64,000 bases of DNA from Escherichia coli (GTDB lineage: Bacteria; Pseudomonadota; Gammaproteobacteria; Enterobacterales; Enterobacteriaceae): the NCBI RefSeq assembly GCF_003334315.1, contig NZ_QOWR01000012.1; one strand, 5' to 3'. The notes below the pieces were generated by a model. That model was not told the DNA's origin. It saw only the letters and a program-made list of their open reading frames with translations, and made no database searches. Below, one piece after another: positions 1-10,791 of this stretch. Position 1 is the first letter of the stretch. The number at the start of each line of letters is the position of its first letter. Made by a program: the position numbers and the translations under genes.

Positions 1-75
1 GGTCGTTAGCTCAGTTGGTAGAGCAGTTGACTTTTAATCAATTGGTCGCAGGTTCGAATCCTGCACGACCCACCA
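1..75 (+). tRNA. lysZ: tRNA-Lys (anticodon UUU), 5' end truncated by window edge (first G missing)
   Basis: Matches the full tRNA-Lys copy at 208..283 base for base, ends in CCA; anticodon loop cttttaa. Confidence 0.9.
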
Positions 76-156
76 ATTTAAAGGTGGTTACTGGTAGAGA
101 ACGTGAAGGATAACGTTGCGTTAGCAACGGCCCGAAGGGCGAGACGAAGTCCAGTC

Positions 157-174
157 ATCCTGCACGACCCACCA
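157..174 (+). repeat. 18-nt copy of the tRNA-Lys 3' end (atcctgcacgacccacca) inside the inter-tRNA spacer
   Basis: Exact identity to the 3' acceptor/T-arm end of both flanking tRNA-Lys genes. Confidence 0.7.
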
Positions 175-207
175 TCCTGAATGATTAAAGCAGCATAATC
201 CCGCAAG

Positions 208-283
208 GGGTCGTTAGCTCAGTTGGTAGAGCAGTTGACTTTTAATCAATTGGTCGCAGGTTCGAATCCTGCACGACCCACCA
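208..283 (+). tRNA. lysQ: tRNA-Lys (anticodon UUU), last gene of the lysT operon
   Basis: 76-nt cloverleaf sequence gggtcgttagctcagttggtagagcagttgacttttaatcaattggtcgcaggttcgaatcctgcacgacccacca with encoded CCA. Confidence 0.95.
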
Positions 284-287
284 ATGT

Positions 288-316
288 AAAAAAGCGCCCT
301 AAAGGCGCTTTTTTGC
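288..316 (+). terminator. Rho-independent terminator of the tRNA operon
   Basis: Stem agcgcc/ggcgct with loop ctaaa, followed by a T6 run. Confidence 0.8.
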
Positions 317-470
317 TATTCAGGCATCTCTCAATTTCAATTCTTGACCCTGATGACATACTCCGCGCTTGCTGCGTAAACAACTTTACGTCGGAGGAAT
401 AAGACGCAAAGTGTGGCATTCGGCATCTCATACGTAATTCGAGTGACTTTTCCCCACCATTCGACTATCT

Positions 471-490
471 TGTTTAGCATATAAAACAAA
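471..490 (+). promoter_or_regulatory. Candidate NadR operator (NAD box-like TGTTTA ... AAAACA) upstream of nadA
   Basis: tgtttagcatataaaacaaa about 70 bp upstream of the nadA start; spacing to consensus not verified. Confidence 0.3.
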
Positions 491-560
491 TTACACCGAT
501 AACAGCGAATATTACGCTAATGTCGGTTTTAACGTTAAGCCTGTAAAACGAGATGGTAAG

Positions 561-1604
561 ATGAGCGTAATGTTTGATCCAGACACGGCGATTTATCCTT
601 TCCCCCCGAAGCCGACGCCGTTAAGCATTGATGAAAAAGCGTATTACCGCGAGAAGATAAAACGTCTGCTAAAAGAACGTAATGCGGTGATGGTTGCCCA
701 CTACTATACCGATCCCGAAATTCAACAACTGGCAGAAGAAACCGGTGGCTGTATTTCTGATTCTCTGGAAATGGCGCGCTTCGGTGCAAAGCATCCCGCT
801 TCTACTTTGTTAGTCGCTGGGGTGAGATTTATGGGAGAAACCGCCAAAATTCTCAGTCCGGAAAAAACAATTCTGATGCCGACACTTCAGGCTGAATGTT
901 CACTGGATCTCGGCTGCCCTGTTGAAGAATTTAACGCATTTTGCGATGCCCATCCCGATCGTACTGTCGTCGTCTACGCCAACACTTCTGCTGCGGTAAA
1001 AGCGCGCGCAGATTGGGTGGTAACTTCAAGCATTGCCGTCGAACTTATTGATCATCTTGATAGTTTGGGTGAAAAAATCATCTGGGCACCCGACAAACAT
1101 CTGGGGCGTTACGTGCAAAAACAGACGGGTGGAGACATTCTATGCTGGCAGGGTGCCTGTATTGTGCATGATGAATTTAAGACTCAGGCGTTAACCCGCT
1201 TGCAAGAAGAATACCCGGATGCTGCCATACTGGTGCATCCAGAATCACCACAAGCTATTGTCGATATGGCGGATGCGGTCGGTTCCACCAGTCAACTGAT
1301 CGCTGCTGCGAAAACATTGCCACATCAGAGGCTTATTGTGGCAACCGATCGGGGTATTTTCTACAAAATGCAGCAGGCGGTGCCAGATAAAGAGTTACTG
1401 GAAGCACCAACCGCAGGTGAGGGTGCAACCTGCCGCAGCTGCGCGCATTGTCCGTGGATGGCCATGAATGGCCTTCAGGCCATCGCAGAGGCATTAGAAC
1501 AGGAAGGAAGCAATCACGAGGTTCATGTTGATGAAAGGCTGCGAGAGAGGGCGCTGGTGCCGCTCAATCGTATGCTGGATTTTGCGGCTACATTACGTGG
1601 ATAA
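561..1604 (+). CDS. nadA: Quinolinate synthase
   Basis: 347-aa ORF recognised as NadA, ending in a CxxC...CPWM cysteine cluster; adjacent to pnuC. Confidence 0.95.
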
Positions 1605-1641
1605 CGAATAATAAGGCGTAACGTTACGCTTTGGGGGAAAG

Positions 1642-2361
1642 ATGGATTTTTTTAGTGTGCAGAATATCCTGGTACATATACCAATAGGGGCAGGCGGTTA
1701 TGATCTCTCATGGATCGAAGCGGTAGGCACGATCGCCGGGTTGCTGTGTATTGGCCTTGCCAGTCTGGAGAAGATCAGCAACTACTTCTTTGGCCTGATC
1801 AACGTCACCTTGTTTGGCATTATTTTCTTTCAGATTCAGCTGTATGCCAGCCTGCTATTACAGGTGTTTTTCTTTGCCGCGAATATTTACGGTTGGTATG
1901 CGTGGTCGCGACAAACCAGTCAGAACGAGGCGGAGTTGAAAATTCGCTGGTTGCCATTGCCGAAGGCACTCAGCTGGTTGGCGGTTTGCGTTGTTTCGAT
2001 TGGTCTGATGACGGTATTTATCAATCCGGTGTTTGCATTTTTGACCCGCGTGGCAGTCATGATCATGCAAGCATTAGGATTACAGGTTGTGATGCCTGAA
2101 CTGCAACCGGACGCTTTCCCGTTCTGGGATTCATGCATGATGGTGTTATCTATCGTGGCAATGATTCTGATGACGCGTAAGTATGTGGAAAACTGGCTGT
2201 TGTGGGTGATTATTAACGTGATTAGCGTCGTTATTTTTGCACTTCAGGGCGTTTACGCCATGTCTCTGGAGTACATCATCCTGACCTTTATTGCGCTCAA
2301 CGGCAGCCGGATGTGGATCAACAGCGCACATGAAAGAGGCTCACGCGCGCTGTCCCATTAA
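1642..2361 (+). CDS. pnuC: Nicotinamide riboside transporter
   Basis: 239-aa polytopic membrane ORF immediately downstream of nadA. Confidence 0.93.
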   Translation: MDFFSVQNILVHIPIGAGGYDLSWIEAVGTIAGLLCIGLASLEKISNYFFGLINVTLFGIIFFQIQLYASLLLQVFFFAANIYGWYAWSRQTSQNEAELKIRWLPLPKALSWLAVCVVSIGLMTVFINPVFAFLTRVAVMIMQALGLQVVMPELQPDAFPFWDSCMMVLSIVAMILMTRKYVENWLLWVIINVISVVIFALQGVYAMSLEYIILTFIALNGSRMWINSAHERGSRALSH

Positions 2362-3299
2362 TGGTGATGATGTGAATGGCCAGACACCCCTTCATTCAGG
2401 TGGCAGTCTGGCCCATGACAAGGTTGATATTCCATCTGAATGGTGGCGTGCTCAATCTGATAGTGATCCATCAGGTAGTGTTGGATCTGATCCAACAAGG
2501 CATCGTGATCGTGTGGCGGGATCACCTGCACATGCAACGTCATCACCGGCTTCTCGCCTACCATCCATACATGTACATGGTGCACATTGCGGACTTCCGG
2601 GATTTCCCGGCACATACGACGCTTCAGTTCAGCGATATCCAGCGATACCGGTGCACCTTCAAGTAATTCATTCACGCTATCTTTCAACAGTCGCCACGCG
2701 CTACGCAGAACCAGAAGCGACACCAGTATCGAGAGAATGGGGTCAGCAGGTGTCCAGCCAGTCCAGATAATAATCAACGCGGCAATAATAGCCCCAACCG
2801 AACCCAGCAGGTCCCCGAGCACATGCAGTGCCGCTGCTCGTACGTTGAGGTTTTTCTCTTCGCTGCCGTGATGAAGTAACCAGAAAGAAAGTATATTTGC
2901 CAGCAACCCAGCCACGGCAATTGCCATCATCATGCCGCCCTCGACCGGACGCGGCGTGCGGAAGCGTTCTATCGCCTCCCAGACAATCAAAATGGTAATT
3001 ACCACGAGGGCTATGGCATTCACAAACGCCGCGAGCGTGGTCAGTCTTAGCCAACCGAAAGTGTGGCGAATGGTGGGAGGACGACGTGAAAATTGCACGG
3101 CGAGTAGGGCGAAAAGCAGGGCGGCAGTATCGGTCAACATATGACCCGCATCGGCCAGCAATGCCAGAGAACCAGAAAGAAAACCACCAACGACTTCTAC
3201 CAGCATAAACCCGGCAGTCACGCCGAAAGCATACAACAAGCGACGAGCATTATTATCTTCTGGCAGGTGTGAGGACGTGTGTGAGTGTGAGTGCGCCAT
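2358..3299 (-). CDS. zitB: Zn(II) efflux transporter, cation diffusion facilitator family
   Basis: 313-aa ORF with His-rich N-terminus ([11 protein letters not shown]) and C-terminus (GHSHHHH) and CDF-like TM core. Confidence 0.92.
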
Positions 3300-3370
3300 G
3301 ACGAGTCATCCCTTAATTATTCTCACTTAACTTTATGACATCATACTGCTTTTAGAAGTGAAAAATTAAA

Positions 3371-3390
3371 AGGGAGAGACTCCGCTCTCC
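3371..3390 (-). terminator. Putative terminator downstream of ybgS
   Basis: Hairpin gggagag/ctctccc followed by a T-run on the minus strand. Confidence 0.5.
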
Positions 3391-3412
3391 CATTATCGGC
3401 TATTTTGCAGGG

Positions 3413-3793
3413 TTACTGCGTGGTACCGTCGGTTTTGGTATCGACATCATTATTGATGCCATCACCGGTTTGTACCTTTTTATTGATATCCGGACAGCGA
3501 CCATCTTTGCACATGGTGTTCTTGTGCTCTTCATCTTTGGTCATTCCGTCATTGTTCATTGAAGAACCATCCGAATGCAGCATTGTGCCGCCAGAACCGG
3601 TATTTACCCCGTTATTGTCGACGTTATTTGGCGCGACATTTTCACGGGCGTCAGGGGCTACCTGGCCCGCATCAGCTGCGGCGTTTGCCTGGCCGTTATT
3701 AGTTTGCGCTCCGCTATCGGCAGCCAGTGCGGCACCGCTGGCAAGGCTTAGAGTGGCAGTCAGAAATAATGTGGCCAGTTTTGTCATTTTCAT
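3413..3793 (-). CDS. ybgS: Secreted low-complexity protein YbgS
   Basis: 126-aa ORF with signal peptide ([24 protein letters not shown]) and Asn/Gly/Asp-rich mature part. Confidence 0.85.
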
Positions 3794-4020
3794 AGGATGC
3801 TCCTGTTATGGTCGTTATGTCGGATAACCTCTTCCAACAGTGCATTTGCAGGTGAATATAAGGCATTGGTTTAAGATTTCAGCCAGGTTATGAAACGCAG
3901 CAGAGAATCTTGAAATAATTAACAAACAAAGGAGTTACAGTTAGAAATTGTAGGAGAGATCTCGTTTTTCGCGACAATCTGGCGTTTTTCTTGCTAATTC
4001 CAGGATTAATCCGTTCATAG

Positions 4021-4038
4021 TGTAAAACCCCGTTTACA
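4021..4038 (+). promoter_or_regulatory. TyrR box (TGTAAA-N6-TTTACA) in the aroG promoter
   Basis: Perfect match tgtaaaaccccgtttaca about 70 bp upstream of the aroG start. Confidence 0.7.
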
Positions 4039-4108
4039 CATTCTGACGGAAGATATAGATTGGAAGTATTGCATTCACTAAGATAAGTATGGCAACACTG
4101 GAACAGAC

Positions 4109-5161
4109 ATGAATTATCAGAACGACGATTTACGCATCAAAGAAATCAAAGAGTTACTTCCTCCTGTCGCATTGCTGGAAAAATTCCCCGCTACTGAAAA
4201 TGCCGCGAATACGGTTGCCCATGCCCGAAAAGCGATCCATAAGATCCTGAAAGGTAATGATGATCGCCTGTTGGTTGTGATTGGCCCATGCTCAATTCAT
4301 GATCCTGTCGCGGCAAAAGAGTATGCCACTCGCTTGCTGGCGCTGCGTGAAGAGCTGAAAGATGAGCTGGAAATCGTAATGCGCGTCTATTTTGAAAAGC
4401 CGCGTACCACGGTGGGCTGGAAAGGGCTGATTAACGATCCGCATATGGATAATAGCTTCCAGATCAACGACGGTCTGCGTATAGCCCGTAAATTGCTGCT
4501 TGATATTAACGACAGCGGTCTGCCAGCGGCAGGTGAGTTTCTCGATATGATCACCCCACAATATCTCGCTGACCTGATGAGCTGGGGCGCAATTGGCGCA
4601 CGTACCACCGAATCGCAGGTGCACCGCGAACTGGCATCAGGGCTTTCTTGTCCGGTCGGCTTCAAAAATGGCACCGACGGTACGATTAAAGTGGCTATCG
4701 ATGCCATTAATGCCGCCGGTGCGCCGCACTGCTTCCTGTCCGTAACGAAATGGGGGCATTCGGCGATTGTGAATACCAGCGGTAACGGCGATTGCCATAT
4801 CATTCTGCGCGGCGGTAAAGAGCCTAACTACAGCGCGAAGCACGTTGCTGAAGTGAAAGAAGGGCTGAACAAAGCAGGCCTGCCAGCACAGGTGATGATC
4901 GATTTCAGCCATGCTAACTCGTCCAAACAATTCAAAAAGCAGATGGATGTTTGTGCTGACGTTTGCCAGCAGATTGCCGGTGGCGAAAAGGCCATTATTG
5001 GCGTGATGGTGGAAAGCCATCTGGTGGAAGGCAATCAGAGCCTCGAGAGCGGGGAGCCGCTGGCCTACGGTAAGAGCATCACCGATGCCTGCATCGGCTG
5101 GGAAGATACCGATGCTCTGTTACGTCAACTGGCGAATGCAGTAAAAGCGCGTCGCGGGTAA
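4109..5161 (+). CDS. aroG: DAHP synthase, Phe-sensitive
   Basis: 350-aa ORF recognised as AroG (MNYQNDDLRIKEIKELLPP...). Confidence 0.95.
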   Translation: MNYQNDDLRIKEIKELLPPVALLEKFPATENAANTVAHARKAIHKILKGNDDRLLVVIGPCSIHDPVAAKEYATRLLALREELKDELEIVMRVYFEKPRTTVGWKGLINDPHMDNSFQINDGLRIARKLLLDINDSGLPAAGEFLDMITPQYLADLMSWGAIGARTTESQVHRELASGLSCPVGFKNGTDGTIKVAIDAINAAGAPHCFLSVTKWGHSAIVNTSGNGDCHIILRGGKEPNYSAKHVAEVKEGLNKAGLPAQVMIDFSHANSSKQFKKQMDVCADVCQQIAGGEKAIIGVMVESHLVEGNQSLESGEPLAYGKSITDACIGWEDTDALLRQLANAVKARRG

Positions 5162-5170
5162 GGTTTAATT

Positions 5171-5244
5171 GTCGGATGCGCCGTCAGAGTGGCGTATCCG
5201 ATGAATCACCACAGGCCTGATAAGTCGCGCAGCGTCGCATCAGG
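5171..5244. repeat. REP elements (BIME) downstream of aroG
   Basis: Palindromic units cggatgcgcc...ggcgtatccg and gcctgataag...cgcatcaggc. Confidence 0.7.
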
Positions 5245-5267
5245 CAATGTGCTCCATTGTTAGCAAC

Positions 5268-5305
5268 AAAAAAGCCGACTCACTTGCAGTCGGCTTTCTC
5301 ATTTT
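5268..5305. terminator. Bidirectional terminator between convergent aroG and gpmA
   Basis: Stem aaagccgact/agtcggcttt flanked by A-run and T-run. Confidence 0.75.
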
Positions 5306-5318
5306 AAACGAATGACGT

Positions 5319-6071
5319 TTACTTCGCTTTACCCTGGTTTGCAACCGCCGCTGCTTTCGCTGCGATCTCGTCAGCATTACCCAGATAATAGCGTTTCAGC
5401 GGTTTGAAATTCTCGTCGAACTCATACACCAGCGGCACGCCAGTCGGGATATTAAGCTCAAGAATCTCTTCTTCGCTCATGTTATCAAGATATTTCACCA
5501 GCGCACGTAAAGAGTTACCGTGTGCAGCGATGATCACGCGCTCACCGCTCTTCATACGCGGCAGAATAGTTTCATTCCAGTAAGGGATCACGCGGTCAAT
5601 GGTCAGCGCCAGGCTTTCCGTCAGCGGCAGTTCTTTCTCGCTCAGTTTCGCGTAACGCGGATCGTGACCCGGATAACGCTCATCATCTTTAGTCAGTTCC
5701 GGCGGAGTCACTGCAAAACCACGACGCCACTGTTTCACCTGCTCGTCGCCATACTTTTCAGCAGTTTCCGCTTTGTTCAGACCCTGCAACGCACCGTAGT
5801 GACGTTCGTTCAGTTTCCAGGATTTCTCAACGGGCAGCCATGCCTGATCCAGTTCGTCCAGCACATTCCACAGGGTATGGATAGCGCGTTTCAGCACAGA
5901 AGTGTAAGCAAAGTCAAAGCTGTAACCTTCCTCTTTCAGCAGCTTACCTGCTGCTTTTGCTTCGCTTACGCCTTTCTCAGACAGATCCACGTCGTACCAA
6001 CCGGTGAAACGGTTTTCTTTGTTCCACTGACTTTCGCCATGACGAACCAGAACCAGCTTAGTTACAGCCAT
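5319..6071 (-). CDS. gpmA: 2,3-bisphosphoglycerate-dependent phosphoglycerate mutase
   Basis: ORF trimmed to [17 protein letters not shown] (250 aa) with the RHGE phosphohistidine motif. Confidence 0.93.
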
Positions 6072-6272
6072 ATACTTACTCCTCAAATCATCTTTTAATG
6101 ATAATAATTCTCATTATATTGCCGCGACGAAGCAACAGCAATGCTTACGCATAACCATAGCGAAAATAGTGGCGCAGTGTAAGGTTGTTGTGAATATTGA
6201 GTTGCAAATATGTCGGTGTTTGCTGGTGATTTGAACAATATGAGATAAAGCCCTCATGACGAGGGCGTAACA

Positions 6273-7313
6273 TTACTCAGCAATAAACTGATATTCCGTC
6301 AGGCTGGAATACTCTTCGCCAGGACGCAGGAAGCAGTCCGGTTGCGGCCATTCAGGGTGGTTCGGGCTGTCCGGTAGAAACTCGCTTTCCAGAGCCAGCC
6401 CTTGCCAGTCGGCGTAAGGTTCGGTTCCCCGCGACGGTGTGCCGCCGAGGAAGTTGCCGGAGTAGAATTGCAGAGCCGGAGCGGTGGTGTAGACCTTCAG
6501 CTGCAATTTTTCATCTGCTGACCAGACATGCGCCGCCACTTTCTTGCCATCGCCTTTGGCCTGTAACAAGAATGCGTGATCGTAACCTTTCACTTTGCGC
6601 TGATCGTCGTCGGCAAGAAACTCACTGGCGATGATTTTGGCGCTGCGGAAATCAAAAGACGTTCCGGCGACAGATTTCAGGCCGTCGTGCGGAATGCCGC
6701 CTTCATCAACCGGCAGATATTCGTCCGCCAGAATCTGCAACTTGTGATTGCGCACGTCAGACTGCTCGCCGTCAAGATTGAAATAGACGTGATTAGTCAT
6801 ATTCACCGGGCAAGGTTTATCAACTGTGGCGCGATAAGTAATGGAGATACGGTTATCGTCGGTCAGACGATATTGCACCGTCGCGCCGAGATTACCCGGG
6901 AAGCCCTGATCACCATCATCTGAACTCAGGGCAAACAGCACCTGACGATCGTTCTGGTTCACAATCTGCCAGCGACGTTTGTCGAACCCTTCCGGCCCGC
7001 CGTGCAGCTGGTTAACGCCCTGACTTGGCGAAAGCGTCACGGTTTCACCGTCAAAGGTATAACGGCTATTGGCGATACGGTTGGCATAACGACCAATAGA
7101 GGCCCCCAGAAACGCGGCCTGATCCTGATAGCATTCCGGGCTGGCACAGCCGAGCAGCGCCTCGCGGACGCTGCCATCGGAAAGCGGAATACGGGCGGAA
7201 AGTAAAGTCGCACCCCAGTCCATCAGCGTGACTACCATCCCTGCGTTGTTACGCAAAGTTAACAGTCGGTACGGCTGACCATCGGGTGCCAGTGCGGGAG
7301 TTTCGTTCAGCAC
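6273..7313 (-). CDS. galM: Aldose 1-epimerase (galactose mutarotase)
   Basis: 346-aa ORF; last gene of the gal operon; start overlaps the galK stop. Confidence 0.93.
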
Positions 7314-8455
7314 TGTCCTGCTCCTTGTGATGGTTTACAAACGTAAAAAGTCTCTTTAATACCTGTTTTTGCTTCATATTGTTCAGCGACAGCTTGCTGT
7401 ACGGCAGGCACCAGCTCTTCCGGGATCAGCGCGACGATACAGCCGCCAAATCCGCCGCCGGTCATGCGTACGCCACCTTTGTCGCCAATCACAGCTTTGA
7501 CGATTTCTACCAGAGTGTCAATTTGCGGCACGGTGATTTCGAAATCATCGCGCATAGAGGCATGAGACTCCGCCATCAACTCGCCCATACGTTTCAGGTC
7601 GCCTTGCTCCAGCGCGCTGGCAGCTTCAACGGTGCGGGCGTTTTCAGTCAGTATATGACGCACGCGTTTTGCCACGATCGGGTCCAGTTCATGCGCAACA
7701 GCGTTGAACTCTTCAATGGTGACATCACGCAGGGCTGGCTGCTGGAAGAAACGCGCACCGGTTTCGCACTGTTCACGACGGGTGTTGTATTCGCTGCCAA
7801 CCAGGGTACGTTTGAAGTTACTGTTGATGATGACGACAGCCACACCTTTGGGCATGGAAACTGCTTTGGTCCCCAGTGAGCGGCAATCGATCAGCAAGGC
7901 ATGATCTTTCTTGCCGAGCGCGGAAATTAGCTGATCCATGATCCCGCAGTTACAGCCTACAAACTGGTTTTCTGCTTCCTGACCGTTAAGCGCGATTTGT
8001 GCGCCGTCCAGCGGCAGATGATAAAGCTGCTGCAATACGGTTCCGACCGCGACTTCCAGTGAAGCGGAAGAACTTAACCCGGCACCCTGCGGCACATTGC
8101 CGCTGATCACCATGTCCACGCCGCCGAAGCTGTTGTTACGCAGTTGCAGATGTTTCACCACGCCACGAACGTAGTTAGCCCATTGATAGTTTTCATGTGC
8201 GACAATGGGCGCATCGAGGGAAAACTCGTCGAGCTGATTTTCATAATCGGCTGCCATCACGCGAACTTTACGGTCATCGCGTGGTGCACAACTGATCACG
8301 GTTTGATAATCAATCGCGCAGGGCAGAACGAAACCGTCGTTGTAGTCGGTGTGTTCACCAATCAAATTCACGCGGCCAGGCGCCTGAATGGTGTGAGTGG
8401 CAGGGTAGCCAAATGCGTTGGCAAACAGAGATTGTGTTTTTTCTTTCAGACTCAT
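7307..8455 (-). CDS. galK: Galactokinase
   Basis: 382-aa ORF with GHMP kinase motif ([11 protein letters not shown]). Confidence 0.95.
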
Positions 8456-8458
8456 TTC

Positions 8459-9505
8459 TTACACTCCGGATTCGCGAAAATGGATATCGCTGACTGCGCG
8501 CAAACGCTCTGCTGCCTGTTCTGCGGTCAGGTCTCGCTGGGTCTCTGCCAGCATTTCATAACCAACCATAAATTTACGTACGGTGGCGGAGCGCAGCAGA
8601 GGCGGATAAAAGTGCGCGTGCAGCTGCCAGTGTTGATTCTCTTCGCCATTAAATGGCGCGCCGTGCCAGCCCATAGAGTAGGGGAAGGAGCACTGGAAGA
8701 GGTTGTCATAACGACTGGTCAGCTTTTTCAACGCCAGCGCCAGATCGCTGCGCTGGGCGTCGGTCAAATCGGTGATCCGTAAAACGTGGGCTTTGGGCAG
8801 CAGTAGCGTTTCGAACGGCCAGGCAGCCCAGTAAGGCACGACGGCTAACCAGTGTTCGGTTTCGACAACGGTACGGCTACCGTCTGCCAGCTCGCGCTGA
8901 ACATAATCCACCAGCATTGGTGATTTCTGTTCGGCAAAATATTCTTTTTGCAGGCGGTCTTCGCGCTCAGCTTCGTTAGGCAGGAAGCTATTTGCCCAAA
9001 TCTGACCGTGCGGATGCGGGTTAGAGCAGCCCATCGCCGCGCCTTTGTTTTCAAAAACCTGCACCCATGGGTACGTTTTCCCCAGTTCTGCGGTTTGCTC
9101 CTGCCAGGTTTTGACGATTTCCGTCAATGCTGCAACGCTGAGCTCTGGCAGCGTTTTACTGTGATCCGGTGAAAAGCAGATCACCCGGCTGGTGCCGCGC
9201 GCGCTCTGGCAACGCATCAGCGGATCGTGACTTTCTGGCGCATCTGGCGTGTCAGACATCAAAGCCGCAAAGTCATTAGTGAAAACGTAAGTCCCGGTGT
9301 AATCGGGGTTTTTATCGCCTGTCACCCGCACATTACCTGCGCAGAGGAAGCAATCTGGATCGTGCGCAGGTAACACCTGTTTGGCTGGCGTTTCCTGCGC
9401 CCCCTGCCAGGGGCGCTTAGCGCGGTGCGGTGAAACCAGAATCCATTGCCCGGTGAGCGGGTTGTAGCGGCGATGTGGATGATCAACGGGATTAAATTGC
9501 GTCAT
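8459..9505 (-). CDS. galT: Galactose-1-phosphate uridylyltransferase
   Basis: 348-aa ORF with HPH active-site motif (CSNPHPHGQ). Confidence 0.95.
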
Positions 9506-9514
9506 GGTCGTTCC

Positions 9515-10531
9515 TTAATCGGGATATCCCTGTGGATGGCGTGACTGCCAGTGCCAGGTGTCCTGCGCCATTTCATCGAGTGTGCGCGTTACGCGCCAGT
9601 TCAGTTCACGGTCGGCTTTGCTGGCGTCCGCCCAGTAGGCCGGAAGGTCGCCCTCGCGACGCGGTGCAAAATGATAATTAACCGGTTTGCCGCAGGCTTT
9701 GCTGAAGGCATTAACCACGTCCAGCACGCTGTTGCCTACGCCAGCGCCGAGGTTGTAGATGTGTACGCCTGGCTTGTTCGCCAGTTTTTCCATCGCCACG
9801 ACGTGACCGTCCGCCAGATCCATTACGTGGATGTAATCGCGTACGCCAGTACCATCTTCGGTCGGATAATCGTTACCAAAAATCGCCAGCGAGTCGCGAC
9901 GGCCTACAGCAACCTGGGCGATGTATGGCATCAGGTTATTCGGAATGCCTTGCGGATCTTCGCCCATATCGCCCGACGGATGCGCGCCAACCGGGTTGAA
10001 GTAGCGCAGCAGGGCAATGCTCCAGTCCGGCTGGGCTTTTTGCAGATCGGTGAGGATCTGTTCCACCATCAGCTTGCTTTTGCCGTAAGGGCTTTGCGGT
10101 GTGCCGGTCGGGAAGCTTTCAACGTATGGAATTTTGGGCTGATCGCCATAAACGGTGGCGGAGGAGCTAAAAATAAAGTTTTTGACGTTAGTGGCGCGCA
10201 TGGCGCTAATCAGGCGCAGAGTGCCGTTGACATTGTTGTCGTAATATTCCAGCGGTTTTTGTACCGATTCGCCCACGGCTTTCAGCCCGGCGAAGTGGAT
10301 CACGGTGTCGATAGCGTGATCGTGCAGGATCTCGGTCATCAACGCTTCGTTACGAATATCGCCTTCAACAAACGTTGGATGTTTGCCGCCTAAACGCTCG
10401 ATAACAGGCAGTACGCTGCGCTTACTGTTACAGAGGTTATCAAGAATGATGACATCATGACCGTTTTGCAGTAATTGCACACAGGTATGACTTCCAATGT
10501 AACCGCTACCACCGGTAACCAGAACTCTCAT
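9515..10531 (-). CDS. galE: UDP-glucose 4-epimerase
   Basis: ORF trimmed to MRVLVTGGSGYIGSH (338 aa), Rossmann GxxGxxG. Confidence 0.95.
   Translation of the reverse strand: MRVLVTGGSGYIGSHTCVQLLQNGHDVIILDNLCNSKRSVLPVIERLGGKHPTFVEGDIRNEALMTEILHDHAIDTVIHFAGLKAVGESVQKPLEYYDNNVNGTLRLISAMRATNVKNFIFSSSATVYGDQPKIPYVESFPTGTPQSPYGKSKLMVEQILTDLQKAQPDWSIALLRYFNPVGAHPSGDMGEDPQGIPNNLMPYIAQVAVGRRDSLAIFGNDYPTEDGTGVRDYIHVMDLADGHVVAMEKLANKPGVHIYNLGAGVGNSVLDVVNAFSKACGKPVNYHFAPRREGDLPAYWADASKADRELNWRVTRTLDEMAQDTWHWQSRHPQGYPD
10497..10512 (-). promoter_or_regulatory. gal internal operator OI (GalR/GalS site) inside the 5' end of galE
   Basis: Reverse complement of atgtaaccgctaccac is gtggtagcggttacat, the known OI sequence. 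Confidence 0.7.
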
Positions 10532-10587
10532 AATTCGCTCCATTAGGCTTATGGTATGAAATAACCATAGCATAACAAAGATGCGAA

Positions 10588-10609
10588 AAGTGTGACATGG
10601 AATAAATTA
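10588..10609 (-). promoter_or_regulatory. Candidate CRP site of the gal promoters
   Basis: tgtga half-site within aagtgtgacatggaataaatta, between OE and the promoter. Confidence 0.45.
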
Positions 10610-10625
10610 GTGGAATCGTTTACAC
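10610..10625 (-). promoter_or_regulatory. gal external operator OE (GalR/GalS site)
   Basis: gtggaatcgtttacac is the reverse complement of the known OE sequence gtgtaaacgattccac. Confidence 0.7.
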
Positions 10626-10791
10626 AAGAATTTAGCCGTTTTTTATGCGCGATTAAGTGATTATAAAACAGAGGGTTTATGAATGATTGCGCTTTTTATC
10701 TGAAAAAAGACGCGGTTTCATGCCTGCATGCGTCGAACCGTTGGCCGGAGAGGGCGCTAAGGCCGCCTCCGGCAAGGTCAGCACTACCGAC

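Noticed and set aside
246-431. 61-aa ORF overlapping tRNA-Lys and its terminator
   Set aside because: It overlaps a tRNA gene on the opposite strand and has no coding signal.
1-560. Prophage or genomic island integrated at the tRNA-Lys genes
   Set aside because: No integrase, direct-repeat att pair or foreign gene block follows the tRNAs; nadA begins 280 bp downstream.
9551-10393. 280-aa ORF antisense to galE, and similar long antisense ORFs (8144..8782, 16098..16793, 36489..37031, 58095..58763, 59058..59861, 62464..63144)
   Set aside because: Each is fully contained within a well-supported gene on the other strand; these are typical shadow ORFs in GC-rich coding sequence.
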